Shown piece by piece: positions 11,351 through 23,300 of a stretch of 64,000 nucleotides of DNA. A program made the position numbers and the translations under genes. Each line of letters opens with the position of its first letter. Positions within the stretch are counted from its first letter, which is position 1. The notes beneath the pieces were generated by a model. The model was not told the DNA's origin, made no database searches, and saw nothing but the letters and a program-made list of their open reading frames with translations. Origin of the DNA: Antedon mediterranea (taxonomy: Eukaryota; Animalia; Echinodermata). The stretch covers positions 7,214,101 to 7,278,100 of the forward strand of contig NC_092677.1 of NCBI RefSeq assembly GCF_964355755.1, written 5' to 3'.

Positions 11351-13020
11351 ATTAATGTACGATCCAGTTTACCACTGTTCTCAACTACAGTCATTTTAGT
11401 ATACTTGAGCACAGTGATAAAGAATAGGATAAACTTAACAATATACAACAAATAGCATTAATGTACGATCCAGTTTAACACTGTTCTCAACTATAGACAT
11501 TTTGGTGTACTTGAGCACAGTGATAAAGAATAGGATAAACTTAACAATATACAACAAAAAACATTAATGTACGATCCAGTTTAACACTGTTCTCAACTAT
11601 AGTCATTTTGGTATACTTGAGAACAGTGATAAAGAATAGGATAAACTTAACAATATACAACAAATAACATTAATGTATGATCCCGTTTAACACTGTTCTC
11701 AACTATAGTCATTTTGGTATACTTGAGCACAGTGATAAAGAATAGGATAAACTTAACAATATACAACAAATAACATTAATGTACGATGTAGTTTAACACT
11801 GTTCTCAACTATAGTCATTTTGGTATACTTGAGCACAGTGATAAAGAATAGGATAAACTTAATAATATACAACAAATAGCATTAATGTACGATCCAGTTT
11901 ATCACTGTTCTCAACTATAGTCATTTTAGTATACTTGAGCACAGTGATAAAGAATAGGATAAACTTAACAATATACAACAAATAGCATTAATGTACGATC
12001 CAGTTTAACACTGTTCTCAACTATAGACATTTTGGTATACTTGAGCACAGTGATAAAGAATAGGATAAACTTAACAATATACAACAAAAAACATTAATGT
12101 ACGATCCAGTTTAACACTGTTCTCAACTATAGTCATTTTGGTATACTTGAGCACAGTGATAAAGAATAGGATAAACTTAACAATATACAACAAATAACAT
12201 TAATGTATGATCCCGTTTAACACTGTTCTCAACTATAGTCATTTTGGTATACTTGAGCACAGTGATAAAGAATAGGATAAACTTAACAATATACAACAAA
12301 TAACATTAATGTACGATGTAGTTTAACACTGTTCTCAATAGTCATTTTGGTATACTTGAGCACAGTGATAAAGAATAGGATAAACTTAACAATATACAAC
12401 ATATAACATTAATGTAAGATCCTGTTTAACACTGTTCTCAACTATAGTCACTTTGGTATACTTGAGCACAGTGATAAAGAATAGGATAAAGTTAACAATA
12501 TACAACAAATAACATTAATGTACGATGTAGTTTAACACTGTTCTCAATAGTCATTTTGGTATACTTGAGCACAGTGATAAAGAATAGGATAAACTTAACA
12601 ATATACAACATATAACATTAATGTACGATCCTGTTTAACACTGTTCTCAACTATAGTCACTTTGGTATACTTGAGCACAGTGATAAAGAATAGGATAAAC
12701 TTAATAATATACAACAAATAACATTAATGTACGATCCAGTTTAACACTGTTCTCAACTATAGTCATTTTGGTATACTTAAGCACAGTGATAAAGAATAGG
12801 ATAAACTTAATAATATACAACAAATAACATTAATGTACGATCCAGTTTAACCCTGTTCTAAATTATAGTCATTTTGGTATATTTGAGCACAGTGATAAAA
12901 AATAGGATAAACTTCGAATAAACAGCAAATAACATTAATGTACGATGCCGTTTAATACTGTTTTAAACTATATTCATTTGAGTATAATTAATCACAGATA
13001 AAGAATAAGATCAACTTTAA
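11351..13020 (+). repeat. 106-bp tandem satellite, ~16 copies
   Basis: Unit attaatgtacgatccagtttaacactgttctcaactatagtcattttggtatacttgagcacagtgataaagaataggataaacttaacaatatacaacaaataac; starts at 11351, 11457, 11563... Confidence 0.97.
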
Positions 13021-13139
13021 TACTATTTATTAAATAAAAAAAACTAATTCTATATTAACACATATTATTTACATATACTTTCACTGCTGATTTCTAGTAT
13101 AAACAGGCCATAGGCCTATACATGGCTGCAGTCGCGTGC

Positions 13140-13216
13140 TCAAATTTGAGTTGGTGTTTACCGACCGACCGACCGACATAGTGAGCTGTAGAGTCGCGTT
13201 TGCTCGCTACTAAAAA
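13140..13216 (+). mobile_element. Helentron/DINE-1-like 3' end fragment
   Basis: (ccga)n microsatellite, then tagagtcgcgtttgctcgctactaaaa (imperfect hairpin plus A run). Confidence 0.5.
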
Positions 13217-13454
13217 GTTCACAAAAACCGTAGGACGGGCACAGGGAAGTTTGTTCGAAACTCCAACCCTTCCCCTGGCTATGCGTTTAGATTTGTCATG
13301 CCTCCTTTACAAACCAAGATTATTAGAATACTATTAGGAGGATCAAACACAATTCTTGTTGCCAGATTTCATTGACATTACAGGTATGAAGTCTATCAAT
13401 ATACAGTACCGCTTAATACAATACTTGTTGAGGCCATATCCATCTATACATTTT

Positions 13455-14440
13455 AGTGTTATTCCACTTTAAAAAAGTCGATTTATATCAATACTCATCA
13501 ACATACGATATAACGATAGAATTTATTGCAACTTGTCCATGTCGTATTCATCTACAAATAAAGTGTCTATTACCGTACTTTTAAAAATCTATTTATATCA
13601 ATACCTATCAACGTATGTACGTGTGCATATTATATATACAAAAATATATACATCAACATAAATGTCATATCATCTACAGTCATTAGTATTATTTTACTTT
13701 TAATATTAGTAAATCCAAAGGCAAAATACTGAAATAATAACAATGAACAATGCTGTGGTCTCAATGGAGATACAAAAAAAGAAGCGAAAAGCTAAATCAA
13801 AACGATAAAGTAAAACAGCCAGAAAAGTTAGCAGAGTTTTCGGGCAACACTAGCCCCTCATCAGTGCAAGTGAGGGTACTTGTACAAGATAGTGCAGTTA
13901 TCTAACGTTTAGTCGATTTATATCAATACACTCATCAACATATTGTACGTGCAATTCACGTTTACAATCACTAGTGTTAATTCCACTTTTAAAAGTCGAT
14001 TTATATCAATATACTCATCAACATATGTACGTGTCCACGTCATATTCATCTATAAATTTTAGTGTTATTTCACTTTTAAAAGTCGATTTATCAATATACT
14101 CATCAATAAATGTACTTGTCCACGTCATATTCATTTACAAATCAGTGTTATTTCACTTTTCGAAGTCAATTATATCAATATAGGCCTACTCATCAACATA
14201 TGTACGTGCAATTCACGTCATATTCATATAATGATCAATAGTGTACAACTAATAGTGTTATTTCACTTTTAAAAGTCGATTTATATCAATATACTCATCA
14301 ACATTATGTACCGTACGTGTCCACGTCATATTCATCTCCAAATAGTTGTGTTAATTCCACTTTTAAAAGTCAATTTATATCAATTACTTATGAACATAAT
14401 GTACGTGTCCGCGTCATTCATCTACAAATATTATAGTGTT
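13455..14440 (+). repeat. degenerate ~80-bp tandem repeat in the core of the fold-back unit
   Basis: Recurring tagtgttatt(c/t)cacttttaaaagtcgatttatatcaatatactcatcaacatatgtacgtgtccacgtcatattcatctac. Confidence 0.85.
13831..13867 (-). ncRNA. minimal hammerhead-ribozyme-like motif (Penelope-type), probably degenerate
   Basis: Minus strand gca-CTGATGA-g-gggc-tagtgtt-gccc-GAAA-actc-tgc. Confidence 0.55.
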
Positions 14441-14459
14441 ATTGTGTTTTTCATATTTT

Positions 14460-15690
14460 CACTGTGCTCAAGTATATGAAAATGACTATAGTTGAGAACA
14501 GTGTTAAACAGAATCGTGTACATTAATGTTATTTGTTGTAAACGGGATCGTACATTAATGTTTTTTGTTGTATATTGTTAAGTTTATCCTATTCTTTATC
14601 ACTGTGCTCAAGTATACCAAAATGACTATAGTTGAGAACAGTGTTAAACGGGATCGTACATTAATGTTTTTTGTTGTATATTGTTAAGTTTATCCTATTC
14701 TTTATCACTGTTCTCAAATATACCAAAATGACTATAGTTGAGAACAGTGTTAAACTGGATCGTACATTAATGTTTTTTGTTGTATATTGTTAAGTTTATC
14801 CTATTCTTTATCACTGTGCTCAAGTATACCAAAATGACTATAGTTGAGAACAGTGGTAAACTGGATCGTACATTAATGTTATTTGTTGTATATTATTAAG
14901 TTTATCCTATTCTTTATCACTGTGCTCAAGTATACCAAAATGACTATAGTTGAGAACAGTGTTAAACGGGATCGTACATTAATGTTTTTTGTTGTATATT
15001 GTTAAGTTTATCCTATTCTTTATAACTGTTCTCAAGTATACCAAAATGACTATAGTTGAGAACAGTGTTAAACTGGATCGTACATTAATGATTATTGTTG
15101 TATATTGTTAAGTTTATCCTATTCTTTATCACTGTGCTCAAGTATACCAAAACGACTATAGTTGAGAACAGTGTTAAACTGGATCGTACATTAATGCTAT
15201 TTGTTGTATATTGTTAAGTTTATCCTATTCTTTATCACTGTGCTCAAGTATACAAAAATGACTATAGTTGAGAACAGTGTTAAACGGGATCGTACATTAA
15301 TGTTATTTGTTGTATATTGTACAGTGTTAAACGGGATCGTACATTAGGCCCTAATGTTATTTTTTGTATATTGTTAAGTTTATCCTATTCTTTATCACTG
15401 TGCTCTAGTATACCAAAATGACTATAGTTGAGAACAGTGTTAAACGGGATTGTTGTTGTATATTGTTAAGTTTATCCTATTCTTTATCACTGTGCTCAAG
15501 TATACCAAAATGACTATAGTTGAGAACAGTGTTAAACGGGATCGTACATTAATGTTATTTGTTGTATATTGTTAAGTTTATCCTATTCTTTATCAATGTG
15601 CTCAAGTATACCAAAATGACTATAGTTGAGAACAGTGTTAAACTACATCGTACATTAATGTTATTTGTTGTATATTGTTAAGTGTATTCT
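14460..15690 (-). repeat. 106-bp satellite, inverted array, ~11-12 copies with internal deletions
   Basis: Reverse complement of the 11351-13020 unit. Confidence 0.97.
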
Positions 15691-16646
15691 TTATTCTTAT
15701 TAATTGTACTAAATTATTAAAAGAAACAGTAGTAAGCATAACATTTCCCCACTCCTACATTAGCATGGTAGGACATTGTAATGGTCGCAGGTGGCTCAAC
15801 TTTATTACTGCAATGGGATGGACATGGTCCTACTACCACCTTACCATCCAATAGGATTCCAGTAAATTTCCTTTACTACCAATCATAATTCAGTAATTAA
15901 ATGACCCCTTAAGTTAACAAGGAAATCAGCCTATCCCATTATACCGGTAGGCTTCGTCGTTACAGGCGTACTGCGGTAATAGTTGAGAATTCTCAACTAG
16001 CCAATTTGGTATATTTTATATACCTGCAACAAGGCGGCTGAACATTAAAGACCGCAGATTTCTTTTTGTATCATTGCATTTTTCCTAGCAATTGTACTAA
16101 TTTCTTGCCCTTTTTATGTAATTTTACGGTTAGATTTATTAGTATAGTATATATTATTATTTATTACTCAATTCAGTCATGCGATCGAAGACAATGTTTT
16201 TAAATACAGTAAATTACGTGTTATTATTAAAGGTCATCACTAAAATGTGGCGTAACTATAATTGTGAACGTAATCCAGTGCATTGTAAACTCTAAAGACG
16301 CACATTCGTAGAAAATAGTTTAATAACGTATGCTGATACTCTGTGTAGTAAAAAGTAATCATCGATGAATCAATCGGCAGTGAGTAATTGTCAGGTGGCA
16401 ACTACAGATACATGGTGTAACTGGAAAAAACAACAAATGCTAAATTGAAATATAATAGGCGTACAGTTTGATAGAGCGACCGTTTTACAGCGTGACCTAA
16501 ACAGATAATACATATAATATATATATTTTTTATACCGTAAACATCGTAATATTGTAACATGATGTGTTTTAAATTTTAGTGGTGTTGGTTGATTAAGTTA
16601 TTATAGAACACATATATCCATTGTACAGTACTGACTATTGTTGTCT

Positions 16647-16782
16647 AAAGCTCTGTCTACACGATGGAACTAGTTTTTTTTAAACAAGAAATGTGATGTG
16701 CGCCAAATATAGTGATATGACGTCATCATGTCCATAATTATATCACATTTTAGTTTTGGCATGATACAGTTTGATAGTGTAA
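16647..16782. mobile_element. degenerate copy of the 3508-3667 MITE, opposite orientation
   Basis: aaagctctgtctacacgat...agtttgatagtgta; internal tgtgatgtgc..ccaaatat..gacgtcatcatgtccat. Confidence 0.6.
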
Positions 16783-17399
16783 CGAAACGAAACCATATAT
16801 TTTGAAATATAGTTTAATAAGAATGTTGAAGGCCATCTTAAGAATTGCCAATACTATTTGAAAACTAAGAATAAATGCCGTCTCGATATATTTAAAATAG
16901 GTTTATGTCAGTACGTGGACTAATTTATTATTTTTCTATCGGAACGGTAGCCTTGTATACCAATGGTTTTCTGTGCAGATAGAACAAATAATTACGATAT
17001 GCCTATAGGGCTGTTGACGTTTCGATAGAAAACAATGATAAGATTGTTGCTGCTTGTTGCAGTAATTGTTTTTAACATTATTCTAGCATGTTAACGGTGT
17101 TAACGGTAATATCGGTTTGAATAATACAAAATATTATCCAAATACGAGAGAAACTCAACAAGACATTTTTTTTCTATTTTCTATACTATTAATATCATAA
17201 TATGGGTAAATATATTAAATTAATGGTAATAACAGAACAAAGGTAATAGGTTAGGGTTAGTATTGGTATAGAAAATACAACATCTTAATTAATCTATATA
17301 TAGAATAAATTAACGTTAAATACGATTACTCAAATGATTGAGGAAATAAACGCATTAAAATCGATAACAAATCGATTAATTGTATTAAAATATTACTCC

Positions 17400-18717
17400 C
17401 AGGGGCGCAGCCAGCAAAGGATTAAAGGGGGGGTCAACCAATATGTGAGTATTTTGCGAGCGAAGCGAGCAACCATGGGCTGGGGGCCAGGGGGCCGCCA
17501 AGGGCCCCCGGTTGGGGTCCAGGGGGCGAAGCCCCCTGGAAGCTTTGGCGGTCTAGGGCAATCTAGATCATTTGAATCGGTTTACGCACACACAAATAAT
17601 TATGACAATGTTAACACTAAAAAACTGTAACAAAGAAAACAAAAAACAACTCTCATTTTCATTACAGAACATTTTTATATTCCAGGCTGCCACAGACAAA
17701 CACTTTTTTTCTTGCTTGTTTTGTTGATTTGTGTAGAGAGGCTGTAAACTCAGAGGAGGAATTATTTGAATTCCTCCCTTTTCACCAATACAAAAGTTGC
17801 ATGAAATGAACGTAGAGATGCAAAAGTTTGAAAAAAGAAATTAGAATGATAGCATGGAGGGAGTGATATTATTAAATGAGAACCGTAAGGTTAGAGTTCA
17901 TACACTGTGCAAGTCCAAGAAGCTATCTTGGCTCCGTGTTTATGTGAGACGCTTATCATACCCAGTACATACAATATTTTGTTTAAAAATATACCTATTT
18001 TGTTCGAATGTATAGTATAGGTGATAGCTTATACATAATTGTAATAACTAACTTCTAAATTATTATCATACATTTTACGTTAGTTACTATAACGGCGCTC
18101 TTGACATCGCGTGATGCATCTTTAAACATAAGTTTGGAACATACATTCTTCTTGGCTTGGAGACAGAATTCGCGAATGACATTCTCTGTATTAATGTTCA
18201 TGTTAAAGTGTATGTTCATGAGGCACAATCCCAAAAGCTGCTCATAAGACATGTGATTTCCCAAACAGGTTTTTTTCTCCATAAAGTCGAAAAACTCAGA
18301 CGTTACGGGCATAGGCCTACGCGATTAGAAGAAGTGCACGCACATTCGGGAACACATCTGGATCCGCTAATTTTACACAGTCGCTTCCATCACTGAAGCT
18401 CGGAATGAAGATGTTCGTGTCTTGGCAGATCATCGTACCAAATTCAAGTTCCTTGAAGACTTCTTCAACATTACACTTCACTATAGACTCGGGTGCTACG
18501 CCAAATATTTTAAAGCATGGCCTGTTATCGGCAGAAAAACGGGTTTTTAACTCGGTTTGTAATCAAGAAGTTGATTTGGTAATACTGCTCGGTAGTAATC
18601 TTCCACAGTATCTCCAGGATGATTTGATCTGTATTGTTGTCTCATGTTTTTATTTATTTTTTCTAAAAAAAAGGGGGGGTCAGGACCCCCGTGACCCCCC
18701 CACTGGCTGCGCCCCTG
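17400..18717 (-). mobile_element. internally deleted hAT transposon with 5-bp TSD (hAT5-like)
   Basis: 15-bp TIR caggggcgcagccag / ctggctgcgcccctg, flanked on both sides by ACTCC; minus-strand remnant MPVTS..KTCLGNHMSYEQLLGLCLMNIH..INTENVIREF resembles the hAT C-terminal dimerisation domain. Confidence 0.85.
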
Positions 18718-20094
18718 ACTCCTCAATTACTTTGACCTATATATTTCTAAAGTAAGCTATCAGTGTAATTATAAAAGGATACAAAATCTCACTATATACA
18801 AAATATATACAAATTGGAAGCTCAATGTACTGTAAGACTACACTTATTGCAGCATACTAAACCTACTGTAGTTTGCTGACACATGCTGACATACAATAAT
18901 TAATATCATTAATATTAAATACTGTAATATTTGTTATCTAGTATAGTTGACATCTATTTCTAAAGGCAGTAATACTCATCACACATGCGACAAGTTTGAA
19001 TGCCTGAGTTACAAAATGTTTTATAAAAATAGTTTAGTTTACAAAAGGTCGTCAAAATATATTGATATAGTAATTAATTAGCATATATGCAAATTATACC
19101 TTAATTTAAGAAAGGATTTAGTATACTACATGTAGGCCTACTTTTTACGATTAAATTTTGATTTGACTTTTTTAAATGTTTTTTAATTACGACCATTTGT
19201 TTCTTTAGTCCCGTTATAAACTTACTTCGAAATTTAAAGGGGAAAACACATCTTAGGGCCTATCTGAGTCAGATTTTCATTTCTGCAAGGTTTTCGGCGC
19301 GGTTTTCGGCGCATTTTGTGTAGTAATTTGGCATTGTTCATATTCTAAATCTACAACTGAATTTAAGGCACATTGTGAAGGATTGTGAAGGATTAGGAAG
19401 GGGAGATTAGCATTATGAGATGTTCATGCTACAATCTATGTAGCACTATAGGTCTCATGATAATACTTGTGCTGGAGAAAGAAAACTATGTACAATTGAC
19501 CAGACAATATTGCTACGTCCCCAACGCGAATGAAAGCGACTTATAGAAAGATGAGGTTCAAGATCAGCATCAACAGGCACAATTAATGTACATGATGGTT
19601 AGTAACAATGTCAACTTTGTAACAGATAGACGCAACAAAATACAGCTTCACATATTAAATGGAAAATATTACAAAATGTTCGCTGTACTTAAATTGCCTC
19701 GTCTGAAATTTTCAATTTTCACCACCCAACTATAATTATTAATAATTATATTTAAAGCATTTTTGCCTCGTCTGTTTTAACCTCTCGCTACGGCCTTGAA
19801 TAACTTACTTTCAACCAATCACAAACTTGCTGGTTCCATACGGCATCGAATTATGGGATTTCTACAAAATTATCCCCAATAACGCTACATGTTTTATCCT
19901 ACAAACTAAAGCACTAGGCGACTTTTACGCTACAAAATATTATATAGCATTATGAGACTTTTGAATGTTTGAATATTTTTTGTTATACCGCAGCTGTTGG
20001 CTAGAATTTGAGGAGAAAAATGTTTGAAATTCCCTAATTTTCGTAGTAACCAGATAAGTTAATTTTAATAAAGTAATAAAAGTAAACAAAGGGG

Positions 20095-20355
20095 TTAAAC
20101 ATCAGTTGCCAGGTTACCATGTGTACTTTCCGTTGAATGTTTTGATACGTCATCTGGCTCAGCTTTACGTCCGCTTTCTACATCATCTTCTCTCTTCTTA
20201 ATCCATTCTCTTTCTTTTAATTTATCATCTCTCTTGTTGTATTTATTGTTCCTATACTCGCTATACCTTTGGTAATCGGCGTTGCGTATTTTGTCGTCAT
20301 CACGGTAGCGTGGCAAGGTTCTTGGTCTTTCGGCACAATCATGTCGAGATCTTCC
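20095..20355 (-). CDS. KIRREL-like exon 11 (C-terminus)
   Basis: GRSRHDCAERPRTLPRYRDDD..HGNLATDV*. Confidence 0.82.
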   Translation of the reverse strand, partial: GRSRHDCAERPRTLPRYRDDDKIRNADYQRYSEYRNNKYNKRDDKLKEREWIKKREDDVESGRKAEPDDVSKHSTESTHGNLATDV

Positions 20356-23300
20356 CTAATAAGAAAGTTGAACAAAATTTCTTCGTTACCATTGTACCAA
20401 TCAAAATATTGTTAGGGACACAAACTACTCGTGAAGAGTCTGTCAAAAAAATAAATCAAAAAGTAGTTCATAAACTAATTTTAGCTGTCAAAAGGAGGGC
20501 ACAACCCTGGATAATTGCTAAATAATAAAGGTAAACAATTTGTGGATAATTGCTAAATAATAAGGGTAAACAATTTTTGGATAATTGCTCAATAATAAAA
20601 GTTAAAAAAAATTACTCTGTATGGTAAATATTCTGGATCCACGTAATCATTATGGCGTCTTGAGTAAGACCCGTAGTTCTGACGTGCACCACGCGACGGT
20701 GGTCGGTCATAGCTGTCCCAAGAGTTCCAACGTTTGCGCATGATCTTGGTTGGCACCGCATAGCGGTCATGACTGCTGCGGGTACTCTCAGGCGAGTTCT
20801 TGTAATTATTGTACTCTCTGTATTTTCTTTCTTTTTCTTCTTTAGTGAGGTCATAATCTGAGAGTCGTTTGATGATTTCTACCGATTTCTTTTCATCATC
20901 CTCATCATCGTCCACTTCTTCTTCTTCATTCAATGTTAATTTTTTCCGTCCTGTTGAGAAAAATTGTAATATTTGTCGACAAATCTTTCTTTATTTCTTC
21001 ACACAGGACTGGTGAAAGAAAAACGATATTAGTCCTACTCAAGCCCACCACTTCACCCACATACTTATGACCCTAGATCATATATGACTGAGTAAACTTT
21101 CAGGAAGCCTGGTCATAAAATTTGGGTGGGATTATATTTTTGACATCCAAATTTAGCATAAATTATGAGGTAGTATTAGGCCTATACTTGAGCATGGGAT
21201 TATACTCTGTCATTATACAGTATATACAAATACCTATATTTGTAATGTTAGTTAGTTAGAGAAATTACAATTCCTTTTTGTTTCTAAAGAAACTAAGAAC
21301 TTACTGTTATATCTTCGCTTAAAACAAATGATGACCATAACAGCTGCAACTAAAATAAAGACTGAGCTGGATACTACACCAATTATTATAAATATGATCA
21401 TGTCCATTTCTACAAAAAAATATTAATTATAAAATTAATTTTTTAATATAGGTTAAGCATATAACAATGCACACACAAAATACAGGTCATAGGTTAATTG
21501 AATTTAAGAAAAAACTAACCACAAGGTGTAAGTGTAATGATAAGCCACGATGACCCTTTCTCATTCCATATTGTGCAGTTATATGCTCTGAAGTCTTCAT
21601 CGGAAGTTTCTTCAATGTAAAGTATGCTCCGTACACCATGCTTTGTGGTACTCTTCTGAGCAGAAAAACGTTCAAACGCTGAACCTGAAACACAAGAGAA
21701 AAGTGAGAAAAAAGATTTTAATGCAGTCGCTTAACTTTCCAATTTCTATTTCTTATTCCTCAATGTTTTTTTTAATGTAATATGGAGCTGTAATTTAGGA
21801 AACAAATTCTTACTAAATCCAAGTATTTCATCTCTTAGCAGTTATAGCGCATACAGCAATTGTTAGCTATGTCCTGCCATTGTAAACAATCCTGCGCCTT
21901 AGTGTAAACAGCTAGACTATAATAGATACACTAAGTATACAGTTGTGAATCTTGTTATATGTTGCAGTGGCTTCTTGGCACTAAGGCTGTGCCTTGTGAG
22001 GAGCCTCTGAACGAAAAAAAGCATAGGCCTACAGTATGCCTATATTAACATTTCCAATACCAGATAACTTGCCTGTTTCCAGATGTTCCTCTCCATCATT
22101 CCAGTTCCACTCAATCATCATCGGGTCTGGTTTAGTGTCTGTGAAGCAGTCTATCTGAGCCGTGTCACCAGGTTCTACGCACTGGACATCCTTGCTTTCA
22201 ATAATAGGGATACCATTGATGTCCACTCTCGCGTAGTGAGCTTCAGCACCAAACCCGGTAACAGTAGCTGTACACATATATATACCGACATCACCATCTT
22301 TAACATTGTCAAACTGAAGTCGGTTCATAGTGCTAAGAGTGGCCCTGGAGCCAAGACGTGTCCACTTAATCGTCGGCTTTGGATTTCCATCTGCAGCACA
22401 TTCAATAATTGCTTGTTCTCCATAATCGACAGATATGTCTTCTGGATAGGTCGTGAAAAATGGAGCAACTAAAAGAAAAGTTATTCTTTTAGCAACACAT
22501 TTAGGTATTCTCTGACATAGCTATTAAGTCATATACTGCCCTCTATTGGTAATGAGACTAAAGAATGGAAATTTTTTATTTGTTCCCTGATTTATTTCTA
22601 TTTCATAGTAATTTACAATTATCATCGATTTTTGATTCTCGATTTATTATAGGTTTTCATTTTTAGATGAATTGTAATTGAACAAATTGTTTTATAGGAA
22701 TGGAATATTAATTTCTAAAATTTTTTTTTTCATATTTTATTTTATTAAATGTATCAAGACACAATAATTAAGTTGAGTAAACATTAGTCTAGGTTCTGTT
22801 TCGACCTAAAATTAGTAAAAGATAAATATATTGGCACATTTTGCATTTCATAATACATCATGTGGACTCGTGGAACATGAAAAAGACAAATTAAATACAA
22901 ACTTGGGGCAAACACTAGTATATTCTTTTCATGGTTCTAAAATGATTGTAGATGTGTTTTTGCACAATGGATGAGCAACAATAAAAGCGATGTGGCCACA
23001 ACACTTACAGTGAACATTCAAGGTTACTGTAGCCTCTCTACTATCAACGGCATTCATTGCAACACATTTGAATGTTACTCCATTGTCATTTTTACTCATT
23101 GTTCTTTCAAGTTGAGCTTCTGTGGCACCTAAAATATTAAAAAACACCATGACATCAAGTCGAAGGGAATTGTAAGTTAGGATAACACAGCACTGTTAAG
23201 GTCGTCAAGGATTTATTTGTAATTCCTATAGGAAAAATTAATGTATTATCCATTTACACAGATGTAATACAAGTTTTAGTAATGAACTTACCACTCATAA

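Larger units (their letters stand above)
11000..16003. mobile_element. 5-kb fold-back-type non-autonomous DNA element with 26-bp terminal inverted repeats and inverted satellite arms
   Basis: tggctagttgagaattctcaactatt (11000-11025) is the exact reverse complement of 15978-16003; the internal 106-bp arrays face each other. TSD not resolved. Confidence 0.7.

Noticed and set aside
11351-15690. Regular repeats as a CRISPR array
   Set aside because: Monomers are contiguous with no unique spacers, the context is eukaryotic and there are no cas genes.
17334-17630. 98-aa Gly/Pro-rich, collagen-like ORF
   Set aside because: It is a translation of the GC-rich subterminal region of the hAT element.
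21166-21180. tgaggtagta, the let-7 5' end
   Set aside because: Only 10 nt match; the rest of let-7 and a precursor hairpin are absent.
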